From the IMG/VR virus record IMGVR_UViG_3300010358_000009, positions 1 through 34,262 of that record: a stretch of DNA of 34,262 nt; one strand, written 5' to 3'. Position numbers and translations under genes: made by a program. This stretch comes from a virus. Taxonomy: Duplodnaviria > Caudoviricetes. Below the pieces are notes generated by a model. That model was not told the origin of the DNA and searched no databases. It saw only the letters and a program-made list of their open reading frames with translations. Below are positions 1 to 10,054 of this stretch, piece by piece; the stretch's first letter is position 1, and every line of letters starts with the position of its first letter.

Positions 1-562
1 ACAGAATGATATTCCAGTAACTAGAAAGACAGGTTCTCCAATTATTACGATGCAAGTTGGTCAAACTACAATCACATTTGATGCTGTAGGATTGCCTAAA
101 CTGCCTGATGATTTGGTGGAACCATCACAATTATGGGAATGTCCTACTGGAACTAATCAATGGATTCCCATGACTAAACGTGATTATCTTCCACACTATC
201 TCGAACAGGTTCAACAAAGTCAATTTGTTTATTATACATGGAATCAACAGCAAATTGAATTCCTTCCAGCTAACGCAGTTATTGATATCAAGATTGACTA
301 TGTTGCTGAACTATTTCAATCATTCGTAGACCAAAATTCGCCAATTAATGTTATTAACTCACGTTCCTTCCTTGAATATCGCACTGCTGGGTTGTGCGCA
401 GAATTCATTGAAAGGAATATGGAGAACGCGCAAGGACTAAACAGTTATGCAGTTCTTGCAATGGATAGGGTAACTGGTATTGGAACTAAAGGTAGACAGA
501 ATATCATGACTAGACGTCAACCATTTCGTGCAGGGTATAAGAAACGAGGGTGGATGACATAG
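1..562 (+). CDS. Head-tail adaptor / tail tubular protein A-like (5' truncated)
   Basis: Frame is open from base 2 (QNDIPVTRKT...), so the gene starts before the window. LPDDL..LWE..IPM and YYTW..IEFLP patterns plus position before the nozzle gene fit podophage adaptors. Confidence 0.55.
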   Translation, partial: QNDIPVTRKTGSPIITMQVGQTTITFDAVGLPKLPDDLVEPSQLWECPTGTNQWIPMTKRDYLPHYLEQVQQSQFVYYTWNQQQIEFLPANAVIDIKIDYVAELFQSFVDQNSPINVINSRSFLEYRTAGLCAEFIERNMENAQGLNSYAVLAMDRVTGIGTKGRQNIMTRRQPFRAGYKKRGWMT

Positions 563-613
563 GCAAGGTGTTCTGAATGTAGAGAACCTACATTCGTCCA
601 AAAGGGATGGAAC

Positions 614-1114
614 ATGCCATACAACAAAGGACAGGGTAGTTTCGGTGTTACTAAAGGTAATATGTTCGCAATGTTGCGACAGCTTACCGAAGGTCAAGGG
701 TCTGTTAACGAAGCAGACCAATATGGTGCGGGTGGATTGCAGGTTATTAAATCCACCTATGATTTTGCAGTAGATGGTGGTTTAGTTGGCACTATTCTAC
801 TAAATCAATCTCTCATTGTTCCTGCTGATTTCGTAGTTCTTGGTGGTATCGTTGCTCCTATCACTACTCTTAACGGTGGTGGCGGTGCAACAGTTGCTAT
901 CGGTTTTGGTAACGGTGCTCAGGTTGCTGCTTTAAAAGCTGCTGCTGGCTTCGCTACATATGCCGCAGGCACACCACTCACTCTAATTCCAGCATGGTCT
1001 AGCGCGTATGTAGTGAATGCTGCTGATGCGAAAATTAGCATCACTGTAGCTGTAGCTGCGCTTACTGCTGGTAAGATGGCTATTCACATCGTTGGCGTGC
1101 CATACGGGACATAA
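614..1114 (+). CDS. Virion structural protein (possible decoration/cement protein)
   Basis: 166 aa, Gly/Ala-rich and beta-rich (YDFAVDGG...ATVAIG); lies in the structural module. Confidence 0.45.
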   Translation: MPYNKGQGSFGVTKGNMFAMLRQLTEGQGSVNEADQYGAGGLQVIKSTYDFAVDGGLVGTILLNQSLIVPADFVVLGGIVAPITTLNGGGGATVAIGFGNGAQVAALKAAAGFATYAAGTPLTLIPAWSSAYVVNAADAKISITVAVAALTAGKMAIHIVGVPYGT

Positions 1115-1117
1115 ACA

Positions 1118-2617
1118 ATGAGAGGCCATACTCCGATTGTTCTTGATAAGTTTAACGGACTCTGGGATAGAGGTGACAGTGAATTTACGCCTTTAGACCA
1201 TTTCTCCGATTGCAATAACATTCGGTATTTTGGCCAATTCTCATTTGGGAGCCGGTTTGGTTTTGCACCTAATCAAAATCTACCGGTTCCCACTACTAAT
1301 ATTAAACGTATCTACAACTATCCTACTAACACAGCTAATACCATTCTCGTTCTAGATAAGGATGGTAGTATTTGGCATGTAGTAAATCCGACTACTGTTT
1401 TTGGACCAATTCTAACTATTCCAGCTATGACTGACTTTGCTATGCAGCCATACGCGGGTAGGGCTTATATTACGCCCTTCACGACAGAGGTGCAGGGTGC
1501 ATTGAATATTGAACGTGGATTATCTGGTGAATCACTATATGTATATAAAGGTGATGGTTCTGCGGCGAGACATGCAGGTGGAACTGCTCCCACTGTTAAT
1601 ATTAGTGTAGTAGAAGCAGGCGCGGGACATACTGACCCTGGTGTGCATATATTCGGTTATGTCTACGAGACAGATACTGGATATCTTACAGCCCCAGGAG
1701 GGCTCGTTGCATTTACGACTACTGGTGCCCTTGCACTTAATTTCAGCAGTATTGCTAATAGTCCTGATGCTTTCGTTGTTAAAAAACATTTGGTTGCGTC
1801 TAAAGTAATCACAGGTTTTAACGGAGATGTTAATGGATACGACCTATTCTTCATCCCCGGCGCAGACATTCCCAACAACGTCACAACAATCCTCAATGGC
1901 ATATCATTCTACGACCAAGATTTATTGGATGATGCCACGCACCTCAAAAACAACCTTCCGCTCATTCCTGCTGGTGTGGGCCTTTGTCTTTATCACAATC
2001 GGCTTATGTCTTGGACAGAGCACGATAATACTTCAGTGGTTAGAGTATCTGCTGTTGGTGAGCCTGAAGCCTTTGATGATGTTGACGGATTACTATTGGT
2101 CCCACCAGATGGTAATCCTCTCACTAATGGTTTTGAGCTTCGTGACGTATTTTATTCTACAAAACGCAACAAGACCGTTAGTTTCGTCGATAACGGGGAT
2201 TTGCCTTCTACTTGGCCTCTTACTACTGTCGACAACGCTATGGGCACTGGGGTTCACGGTGTTGCGACAGTTGTGGATGCTGGTTCTGGGAACGTAGACT
2301 ATGCAATCATAGCTACGTATCGTGGACTGTGCTTGATGAATGGTCGATATATCCTACCTGAATTGAGTTTCAAAATTCAGAACAGGTGGGTGAATATGAA
2401 TTTTAAAAATAATTTCAGAATTGTTCAAATTGTGAATGATTCTGTCAATCAGGTTCTATATTACATAGATACTAATCGAAATATCATGTATGCGGACTAT
2501 AAGAACGGATTTGACCCGAAAAGTATTCGATGGTCTCCGTGGACTTTTCAATACTTCGTCAACACACTCTGTCTTGTCAATGTCAGCGATTTGATATTGG
2601 GAGTTGACCAAGTATGA
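1118..2617 (+). CDS. Tail nozzle / head-stabilisation protein (P22 gp10 / T7 gp12-like), N-terminal part
   Basis: 499 aa; starts with FNGL and CNNIRY, has propeller-like blades (LYHNRL, VSAVGEPEAF, WSPWTF) and stops at LILGVDQV. Confidence 0.65.
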   Translation: MRGHTPIVLDKFNGLWDRGDSEFTPLDHFSDCNNIRYFGQFSFGSRFGFAPNQNLPVPTTNIKRIYNYPTNTANTILVLDKDGSIWHVVNPTTVFGPILTIPAMTDFAMQPYAGRAYITPFTTEVQGALNIERGLSGESLYVYKGDGSAARHAGGTAPTVNISVVEAGAGHTDPGVHIFGYVYETDTGYLTAPGGLVAFTTTGALALNFSSIANSPDAFVVKKHLVASKVITGFNGDVNGYDLFFIPGADIPNNVTTILNGISFYDQDLLDDATHLKNNLPLIPAGVGLCLYHNRLMSWTEHDNTSVVRVSAVGEPEAFDDVDGLLLVPPDGNPLTNGFELRDVFYSTKRNKTVSFVDNGDLPSTWPLTTVDNAMGTGVHGVATVVDAGSGNVDYAIIATYRGLCLMNGRYILPELSFKIQNRWVNMNFKNNFRIVQIVNDSVNQVLYYIDTNRNIMYADYKNGFDPKSIRWSPWTFQYFVNTLCLVNVSDLILGVDQV

Positions 2618-3024
2618 GTCAAGTTGTTCCAAATCAGTTAGAAGTTGAGATTCTAACGAATCTTTTAAACACTGCAATCACATTACGATTGTATGGGAAT
2701 AATGCTACACCGGCTGCTGGCTCTACTGCGGCATCATTTACAGAGATTGCTGGTGGGGGTTACGCCGCTAAAGCATTAACATTTGCAAACTGGGTTATTA
2801 CAGCAGGAGACCCCTCAACAGCACAGTATAATGCTGTTCAGCAATTCATTTTTACTGGTGTAATTAACGCGCCGGGAACAATTTACGGTTATTATGTTAC
2901 TCGCAATAGTGATGGACACTTATTGTGGGCTGAAAGATTTGCAGCTGCATTAGTTCCATTCGCACCTATTGCGGGTAGCCAAATTAACATTTTGCCGGCA
3001 TTTTCGGCACAGAGTCAATTCTAA
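2614..3024 (+). CDS. Minor tail / fibre-associated protein
   Basis: 136 aa with LRLY..N..P and FTEIAGGGYA...TIYGYYV...LLWAERF patterns seen in small tail proteins; ATGA overlap with the upstream gene. Confidence 0.5.
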   Translation: MSQVVPNQLEVEILTNLLNTAITLRLYGNNATPAAGSTAASFTEIAGGGYAAKALTFANWVITAGDPSTAQYNAVQQFIFTGVINAPGTIYGYYVTRNSDGHLLWAERFAAALVPFAPIAGSQINILPAFSAQSQF

Positions 3025-5945
3025 TGGCTATTCAATACTTCATGACGTATTTGATTACTATCAGAGACCCTGCTATCTATGCATTGGCTCTGACTTTAAC
3101 AAATTCATCAGGATTACTAGAACTTGCACCTCGCGACGCATGGACTAGACTAGGTGGAACATTCCCATATCCAACTGGGGATGTATCGCATCTACCTATG
3201 GATATGACTTTCTTTGGAGTATATTCTCCTGGTATTCAAATTGGATTTCCAGGCCCATCTGGCGTATTTGTTGATGATACAGTATTAACACTTCCAACTG
3301 TTCATGCACAAGCAGGTGTCCCTGCATCTATTTGGCCTGCTGATTCGCCAGCTAAAGATGGTATATTCACATGGTCTGGTGTGATTATGCAATCTTCTGC
3401 GGCTGGTGCAGCTATTACTCCACCTGTTCCAACATTATCTCCTATTCCACAACGTAGGCATTTAGGTGGAAGGGAAATGAATAACTTTAATACTGCACTG
3501 ATGGAAGGTGGCAGTATTAATAATCAAAGCCAAGTAAGTAGAGATGCCTCACGCGTAGGTGATGGTTTTGGTTGGGCATTGCGAGGCGGTGCATCAACTA
3601 ATACGTGGGGTAGAACTCCTACTCAATTTAGAAGTATTGCTGATATAACTAGAATGTGGGATAGGTTCTACTTTAGAGTAAGAGCACTACCCTCACAAGC
3701 TACTCCTATTGGAATATGGGGATTTTTAACTCTTAACTCTGCATCCGTAAGTTCGAGAATTAGAATTACTCAAGGTGGTGTTGCCCAGATAACATCAATG
3801 GATGCTGGAGGCACCGAAACTGTTAGAGCTACATTAATTAGCTCTATTGTTCTTAATCAATGGTATCGAGTCGATGTTCTTGTTAAATGCGATTCTACAT
3901 TTCCTGGTGTAGGATTTGCTGCATATTATCTTAATGGTGTAGCAATTGCAAGTTCTCCATTAGGTGGACAGGCAGTATCTATTCAGCAATTTCAACTTGG
4001 TAAGTATAATTCAGTTACTGACCATGAATTTGAAGTTGACTTTGATGATTGGATTAATTCTGATTGGCCTGCTAATTTCTCTACAACTACAGTAGGTAAT
4101 CAATCTTCATTAAATGATAATGGTCAATATTCTATCGATTGGTTAACTGGTTCGCATGTGCGCGTTCATAATTGTGTGTCAGTTGGTAGTCAGGTTAACT
4201 GGAATCCTGCTACTATGGGAGTTGGTATATTTAATGACCAACCACCTGATGCGCGCTTGGGAACTGTAGAGGCAACATCTACTACTTCAGGTGCTACACT
4301 TGAGGGAGTAACTGATGCACTCACTCTAGCAAATTTAGCCGGACTTGAATCATCTATTGGTGTAGCTGCTGGTATCGTAGGTGTTGTAAGTAAAAGTTCA
4401 GCAGCGGGTGAAACTACAGGTCAATTAGGTTATAGAATTGCGGGAGCTGCTGCTGTTACAGTTCCAATCAATGAAGGATTAGGTGAAACTAACGTCTCTG
4501 TTCCATATTTTCCAATTTTGGGAAATTTTCCAGTAGAAGTATCACCTCTTTCGGTTACTAAACTTAAGTCAACTAATGCTAACACTAATACAGTTAGTAT
4601 GTTGGCTATTGTTGTTGAATATATTGGAGTATGGGGCCCAGAAGATAACCCAACCTTTGTGTTGGCGAATAATCTAAAGCGTTTTAATATTCATAATTCA
4701 CGTTACTTTGGTAGTCAATATACTGGTCTTGGTTCTAGACAAGTTGCGACTACTCATGCAGTGGGTGGAACTTATACTGGTAATGGAACTTATCAGGAAA
4801 TTACATTGCCAACAGCTTGTCACTTCTTGTTAATTCGAGAAGCTGATGGTGCAGGTGGACAAGCTGGTATTAGAATGTTTGGCTCTGGGACTTATTCCCA
4901 TAGTGGTCAACAGGCTAATAGTCTTGGTCAAGTAAGAATGTTCTTTGATATAACTAATCAGTTGTATAAATTTTCAACTGCCGGAACTGGAGCTAATAGC
5001 TATAATAATCCTGCAACCGTGTATCAATATATTGCATGGTGTGACCCTGGAATGCGATGGTCAATTTGTGGTGCATTTTCGCATGAAAGTGCTGCATCTA
5101 CTCCTAAAGCTAATCCATTAATTGACTCTGCATTCGCAGCTGACTGTGGTTTTGGAATGTTGGAGGATTTAACTTCTGATGGTAGCAGCAATATATTTTT
5201 CAGAGGTTCCGGAAGTGTTGGTGCTAATGATGCATCTGACGTGAATGGTGGTGCATTAATTACTACATTTGGTAATTTTAGTGCCGGATTTTTTAATTCA
5301 GGCGCTAAAATGCACACAATACCAAGTGCAAATTATATTCTGTTCCGACTATCAGATTCAGGTATTGACTCTACATCCGTAATGATTCAACAAGTTACTT
5401 ATGTAGGAAATGCAACAAATCCTCGCACTATCAATTTGACTCCTGTTTCGAATAGATTTCCATTATTTGTTTCAGTATCTCCTAATGCTGGAGCTAATTC
5501 ATTTTATCGTGACCCATCACATACAGGGTCAAATAGTTGCACTTGGTCAACTAATAGTAATAATGCTACTGGTATTACAGCAGTTGCGAAAGACCAAATT
5601 ACTGTTCAATCATCTCTGAATCAGAATGGTGTAAGTTATACAGTATTCGTTATCTGTGGTGATACCTCAGGAATGAATAATGGTGACTTTAGTCCTAATT
5701 ATCAAGTAGGCGCGCCAGCTAACTACCTTGACCCACAATTCAATAATGGAGTTACCATTCTTGGCTCAGGTGGACTAGTTCTCGATGGCGTGGCATCACT
5801 TGGAGTTTTAAAGAATATTTCTGGACTATATCAATTAACTCCTGGATTGACTCATGATACTTTACAGGATACACAAGTAGGACAACCAAGTGTTAATGTA
5901 AAGATACCTGACCCGACATTCAAAACAGGATATATAGGTGGCTAA
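3024..5945 (+). CDS. Tail fibre / receptor-binding protein with LamG/ConA-like domain
   Basis: 973 aa, rich in S/T/G/N; LNQWYRVDV...YYLNG...DFDDW lectin-like strand pattern; TYTGNGT and TYVGNAT repeats. Confidence 0.6.
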   Translation: MAIQYFMTYLITIRDPAIYALALTLTNSSGLLELAPRDAWTRLGGTFPYPTGDVSHLPMDMTFFGVYSPGIQIGFPGPSGVFVDDTVLTLPTVHAQAGVPASIWPADSPAKDGIFTWSGVIMQSSAAGAAITPPVPTLSPIPQRRHLGGREMNNFNTALMEGGSINNQSQVSRDASRVGDGFGWALRGGASTNTWGRTPTQFRSIADITRMWDRFYFRVRALPSQATPIGIWGFLTLNSASVSSRIRITQGGVAQITSMDAGGTETVRATLISSIVLNQWYRVDVLVKCDSTFPGVGFAAYYLNGVAIASSPLGGQAVSIQQFQLGKYNSVTDHEFEVDFDDWINSDWPANFSTTTVGNQSSLNDNGQYSIDWLTGSHVRVHNCVSVGSQVNWNPATMGVGIFNDQPPDARLGTVEATSTTSGATLEGVTDALTLANLAGLESSIGVAAGIVGVVSKSSAAGETTGQLGYRIAGAAAVTVPINEGLGETNVSVPYFPILGNFPVEVSPLSVTKLKSTNANTNTVSMLAIVVEYIGVWGPEDNPTFVLANNLKRFNIHNSRYFGSQYTGLGSRQVATTHAVGGTYTGNGTYQEITLPTACHFLLIREADGAGGQAGIRMFGSGTYSHSGQQANSLGQVRMFFDITNQLYKFSTAGTGANSYNNPATVYQYIAWCDPGMRWSICGAFSHESAASTPKANPLIDSAFAADCGFGMLEDLTSDGSSNIFFRGSGSVGANDASDVNGGALITTFGNFSAGFFNSGAKMHTIPSANYILFRLSDSGIDSTSVMIQQVTYVGNATNPRTINLTPVSNRFPLFVSVSPNAGANSFYRDPSHTGSNSCTWSTNSNNATGITAVAKDQITVQSSLNQNGVSYTVFVICGDTSGMNNGDFSPNYQVGAPANYLDPQFNNGVTILGSGGLVLDGVASLGVLKNISGLYQLTPGLTHDTLQDTQVGQPSVNVKIPDPTFKTGYIGG

Positions 5946-6237
5946 GTCATCTGGTGGAATTGAATACGAACATCATATAGTTGGTGTTCGTCAGCGTATT
6001 AACGGTTCTGGTCATCTTTTGATGAGTCTTGAGAGTTATCAGGCTGTTAATACCTTTACCATGCTTTCACTACCATTACTAACATCTACTCCTAATGAGC
6101 CAATGCGCACATCTAACTTTCAAAGTCAGAGAGTGCGTTATGTTGGTAAGGTGACTACGATTGATGATAATTTCCAAATTGGTCGTATTATTATTTACGC
6201 TAAACCAGTTTCTGTGGAATATCCACAAACAACGTAA
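5938..6237 (+). CDS. Virion protein resembling the C-terminal beta-sandwich of tail nozzle proteins
   Basis: 99 aa, GTG start overlapping the fibre stop; HHIVGVRQRINGSG...FQIGRIIIYAKP. Confidence 0.45.
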   Translation: MAKSSGGIEYEHHIVGVRQRINGSGHLLMSLESYQAVNTFTMLSLPLLTSTPNEPMRTSNFQSQRVRYVGKVTTIDDNFQIGRIIIYAKPVSVEYPQTT

Positions 6238-6830
6238 TGGCTCTTTCAACTCAGACACTTGATAGACTGAAGTCACAGCTATTAACTTCAGGTCTACAAC
6301 AACGAAACAGTTCATTATATCAAGTAATTGACCAACTCATTGATTATGTTCGTTCACTTAATCAAGCTACTTTTGGAACTTCTACTAGCGGTGGTTCTGG
6401 TGGTGGAGGGATTGCTAACGATACTTTTATTACCGTCGCTAACGAGACGGGTACGCTTCCTAATAGTAGGCAGTTGGTTGCCGGTGATAATATTACTCTT
6501 GATACTTCTGCTCCTGGACAAATAAAAATAAGTGCGTCACTGACTCAAGATGTAATAACTAAGATTATTAATCAGATGGTCACAGTAAGGACTACTGAAA
6601 TTGAGATTCCATTTAATCGGAAGAACGGCAAGATAATTATTAAAGGTTCATTTACTGATGAACAGGTGGGAGCACCTGTATTTATATCTCAAGTTCCGGA
6701 TAAAAACTCTGACGCAACTTTCATTCAATTTATCGGTCAAGTTATAGATACTAAGAAATTACAAGTATATTGGCAGGCTCCATTTGGAGCACCTCGTAAG
6801 ATGAAAGTCAATTACCTGATAGGAGCTTAA
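6237..6830 (+). CDS. Tail-associated protein
   Basis: 197 aa; helical N-terminus, Gly linker (SGGSGGGG), LVAGDNITL fibre-like motif; TAATG coupling. Confidence 0.45.
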   Translation: MALSTQTLDRLKSQLLTSGLQQRNSSLYQVIDQLIDYVRSLNQATFGTSTSGGSGGGGIANDTFITVANETGTLPNSRQLVAGDNITLDTSAPGQIKISASLTQDVITKIINQMVTVRTTEIEIPFNRKNGKIIIKGSFTDEQVGAPVFISQVPDKNSDATFIQFIGQVIDTKKLQVYWQAPFGAPRKMKVNYLIGA

Positions 6831-7499
6831 ATGGCAACAGTTGATTCACCAGATACACCTGGAGTATCTGCACAAGTAGACCCTACATATCTGGCATTAC
6901 GTACTTCGTTAATGCCACGCGATTGGAATCTCGCTGAACCTCACATTGGTAATCATCAGAAAGGTTCATGGAGAACTGGTAACGCTACTGTTATTGCTTC
7001 TGGTGGAGCAATTTTCTCACTACTTTGGTCTAATCCTCAATTTAACTTTTTACTTCAGAGACTATCTGTTTCAGCGGCTATTCAGACTGCATTTGGTGCT
7101 GCACAAGAACTAGCTGTTGATTTGGTGCGTGTAATCAATTTCAGTGCTGCTGATACTGGTGGCACATTGCTTACACCATTTCTCAAATCACTAATCAAAG
7201 ATACTAATATGGGACCATCACAAGTTCCTAGTGCTCGTATTGCTACAACTGGTGCACTTACAGCAGGAACTGGAACTGCTGAAGTAAACGTAATCGCGCA
7301 GGATTCACTACCTATTGGTAACGTGGCTGGTAATGCTGCAAAAGTAGAATTGTTCAATATGCTACCTGGTGAACAGACTCCACAAGTCTTTCATGCGAAT
7401 GAAGGATTCAGAGTTAGATTACCTGTTACTATGGGTGCTGCTGGTGTTGTGGTTTTCACAATTAATATGGAGTGGGGCGAATTTCCTAACGTATACTAA
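6831..7499 (+). CDS. Putative virion structural protein
   Basis: 222 aa beta-rich ORF, RBS AGGAG, in the structural module. Confidence 0.45.
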   Translation: MATVDSPDTPGVSAQVDPTYLALRTSLMPRDWNLAEPHIGNHQKGSWRTGNATVIASGGAIFSLLWSNPQFNFLLQRLSVSAAIQTAFGAAQELAVDLVRVINFSAADTGGTLLTPFLKSLIKDTNMGPSQVPSARIATTGALTAGTGTAEVNVIAQDSLPIGNVAGNAAKVELFNMLPGEQTPQVFHANEGFRVRLPVTMGAAGVVVFTINMEWGEFPNVY

Positions 7500-7870
7500 T
7501 GATATTTCGTGGAATGAATGCTTCTGATTTAAAAGAAGTCAGAAGATTACATAACAAATACTATCCTGAATTCGGTTTTCCCGAATTTTTAAAGTTGCTT
7601 AATGCCTTTATCATTGAAGATGATGAGGGTATTATTATGGCAGGTGGTGTAGAAGCAATCGCTAATACACTCCTAGTCACTAATCAGGAACGTAGTAGAA
7701 TTAAAATCGGCCGCGCATTAGTCGAGGCCCAGCGTATAGCATTGTTCACTGCTAGAAAATTTGGGATTAAAGAAATCGTTGCGTTTGTGAACAACGATGA
7801 GTATGCAAAGCATCTCATGAGACACGGTTTTGATGAATCCCACAAAATGCTGTATATGAGGCTCCGCTAA
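7499..7870 (+). CDS. GNAT-fold protein (T7 gp13-like position)
   Basis: 123 aa; FRGMNASDL..., FIIEDDEGIIMAGG, LMRHGF acetyltransferase-like pattern; sits just before the ejection genes. Confidence 0.55.
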   Translation: MIFRGMNASDLKEVRRLHNKYYPEFGFPEFLKLLNAFIIEDDEGIIMAGGVEAIANTLLVTNQERSRIKIGRALVEAQRIALFTARKFGIKEIVAFVNNDEYAKHLMRHGFDESHKMLYMRLR

Positions 7871-8760
7871 TGGGTCAGAACAAACCAAATGTTCCTCAGG
7901 AACAGATGAATATGGCGAGTGACTTTTATCAGAAGTCACAAGGAGCGCCATCACCGATAGAAACCGAGTTTAATCCCACAAGACAGAATCTAGCTAATAC
8001 TTTTACTAATGCCATTAAGCAAAATACTGCTGATTATGGCAATATCATGGGTGACTACAATGCATTTAAAGGTAGTCTAGACCCGACAGCATCTAGACCT
8101 GCGCAAGTTCAAGAAGGTTATGATACCCTCGATACAGCTAAAGGTGGGTATCAAAACTTCATGAATACTGGTGGATTTTCAGACCAAGATATTCAGAATT
8201 TACGAGCGCGAGGAATGGCACCTATTACTGCTGCATATGGTAATACTATGCGGGAGTTAGATAGGGCACGTTCATTAGGCGGTGGAGGCGCTAACGCTCC
8301 TAACTATATAGCGGCAGTTAGTAGAGCACAGCGTACACTGCCTCAGCAACTATCTGATGCAGAACAGGGTGTTAATGCAAATCTTGCTCAGATGGTTCAA
8401 CAGGGTAAGGAATTTGGCACTAGTGGTATGGCTAGTGTTGGTAGTGATATTGCTCAAACTGCTGCGGCTGAAGCTAGTAGACAGGATGCTGCTAAGCGTG
8501 CAACTGAGCAAGAAACATTGGCTTCCATTGGTGGTAAAGGTTCACTGTATGGAACTACACCAGGAATGTCATCAACATTTGGAAATCAAGTCCTTAATGC
8601 CTATGGTATGAGTTCAGGCATGGAAGGACAGCGTAATGCTCAAGGCTTACAAGCATTGGGCGATTATCTTAATGCATTTACTGGTGCTAAAACTCAGACA
8701 CCTTGGTGGCAAACTGGTCTGGGTATTGCTGGCGATATTGCGCCATTCTTTGCGGTATAG
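7870..8760 (+). CDS. Internal virion / DNA ejection protein 1
   Basis: 296 aa, Q/A/G/N-rich helical protein with amphipathic C-terminus (WWQTGLGIAG); synteny. Confidence 0.55.
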   Translation: MGQNKPNVPQEQMNMASDFYQKSQGAPSPIETEFNPTRQNLANTFTNAIKQNTADYGNIMGDYNAFKGSLDPTASRPAQVQEGYDTLDTAKGGYQNFMNTGGFSDQDIQNLRARGMAPITAAYGNTMRELDRARSLGGGGANAPNYIAAVSRAQRTLPQQLSDAEQGVNANLAQMVQQGKEFGTSGMASVGSDIAQTAAAEASRQDAAKRATEQETLASIGGKGSLYGTTPGMSSTFGNQVLNAYGMSSGMEGQRNAQGLQALGDYLNAFTGAKTQTPWWQTGLGIAGDIAPFFAV

Positions 8761-8769
8761 GAGCATAAC

Positions 8770-10053
8770 ATGGACCTACAAACACAAATGCGTTTGCAGA
8801 ATATGTTTGGTGCTCCTCCTCAACTAGATATGCCTGATAGTGGGCCATCTAGTATGACGACGCCACCTATTGTGCAACCAGGTAAAGACCCGTATGCTAA
8901 TATTTCATTTGGAGATACTAATTTTCAACCACAGCCACTAACTGATAATGCGCCACCTCCAGATGATACATCATTTGATGCTGGAGCGCGTATGCGTCAA
9001 CTATATACACCACATACTCAATCGATTGACCAGTTTAATCAGATGATTCAGCAATATCCGAATCGTGCTGATTATAAACCATCTATGTGGAGAAAGATTG
9101 CAGCATCCCTCGCGATGTTTGGTCGCGGTGGACCACAATTAGCGGAACAAGTCATTGACAAACCCTGGTCAGATGCTATTACTGATTGGCAAAATAAAAT
9201 TAAAGAAACTGGTGCCGCTGCTAACATGGAGCGCTATCAGAATACTAATGAACGTACTATGGCTTATCAAACTGTTGCGCAGGAATTAAGACAACGCGCG
9301 CAGGACTTGAAAGATAAGAATGATTCTGCGAACGCTGCAATAAGAGAGCATCGCGCATCGATTTATGAATTTAAGGCGATGCATCCCAATATGAAGATGG
9401 TATTCCCGAAAGGTGGGAATATTATGGCTCAAGACCCACTTACTGGTAAACTACTTGATACTGGTGTTCCTACTGGTTCAATGACTGATTTAGATAAGCT
9501 TAATCTCCAAGAGGAGAATGCGCTACAGAATATTGGTGCGCGTGGAGATGAAGCAAGGAAAACAGAGAATGTCAAAGAAGTTAATAGACAGGCAGATATT
9601 GCAGCCAGGGGAAATGAGTCACGAGCAACTGTTAGAGAGCGTGCTTCTAGAACAGGTGCAGGAGCTAAACCTGAAACCCCTACGCAAACTAGAGTGCGAC
9701 AATTTAATGCCGCAAGAGAGCTTTATAACACTAGACCAGATTTGCGTAAGTTCATTACCTTGGGACGACCAGGAAGTAATGATTTTACTGTAGCATCACC
9801 GGGTAAATCTTGGTTTGGAACTGCTACTGGCCCAAATGATGCTCAATACAAAGAAATACAGAAGAAGATTTACGAAGATACTAAGGCTGGTGCAGGTATG
9901 GCACCAGTTGCTGCACATACTACTGTTCCATCAGAGAAACCAACTGTTCCTGCTGGTAGAGTAGCTATTTACAAGAATGGACAGCCTGTAGGAAGTGTTC
10001 CTCAAAACCAGTCTGAACAGGCTAAAAAAGAAGGCTATACATTAGAGCCATAG
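8770..10053 (+). CDS. Internal virion / DNA ejection protein 2
   Basis: 427 aa; Pro-rich N-terminus, coiled coil, C-terminal VAIYKNGQPVGSVP...AKKEGY; RBS AGGAG. Confidence 0.5.
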   Translation: MDLQTQMRLQNMFGAPPQLDMPDSGPSSMTTPPIVQPGKDPYANISFGDTNFQPQPLTDNAPPPDDTSFDAGARMRQLYTPHTQSIDQFNQMIQQYPNRADYKPSMWRKIAASLAMFGRGGPQLAEQVIDKPWSDAITDWQNKIKETGAAANMERYQNTNERTMAYQTVAQELRQRAQDLKDKNDSANAAIREHRASIYEFKAMHPNMKMVFPKGGNIMAQDPLTGKLLDTGVPTGSMTDLDKLNLQEENALQNIGARGDEARKTENVKEVNRQADIAARGNESRATVRERASRTGAGAKPETPTQTRVRQFNAARELYNTRPDLRKFITLGRPGSNDFTVASPGKSWFGTATGPNDAQYKEIQKKIYEDTKAGAGMAPVAAHTTVPSEKPTVPAGRVAIYKNGQPVGSVPQNQSEQAKKEGYTLEP

Positions 10054-10054
10054 T

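Noticed and set aside
575-595. Hairpin GAATGTAG/CTACATTC between the first two genes
   Set aside because: Real 8-bp stem but no U-tract; the alternative pairing cannot form a pseudoknot with zero-length loops; no function assignable
3024-5945. Diversity-generating retroelement or invertible fibre cassette
   Set aside because: No reverse transcriptase, template repeat or recombinase seen in the window
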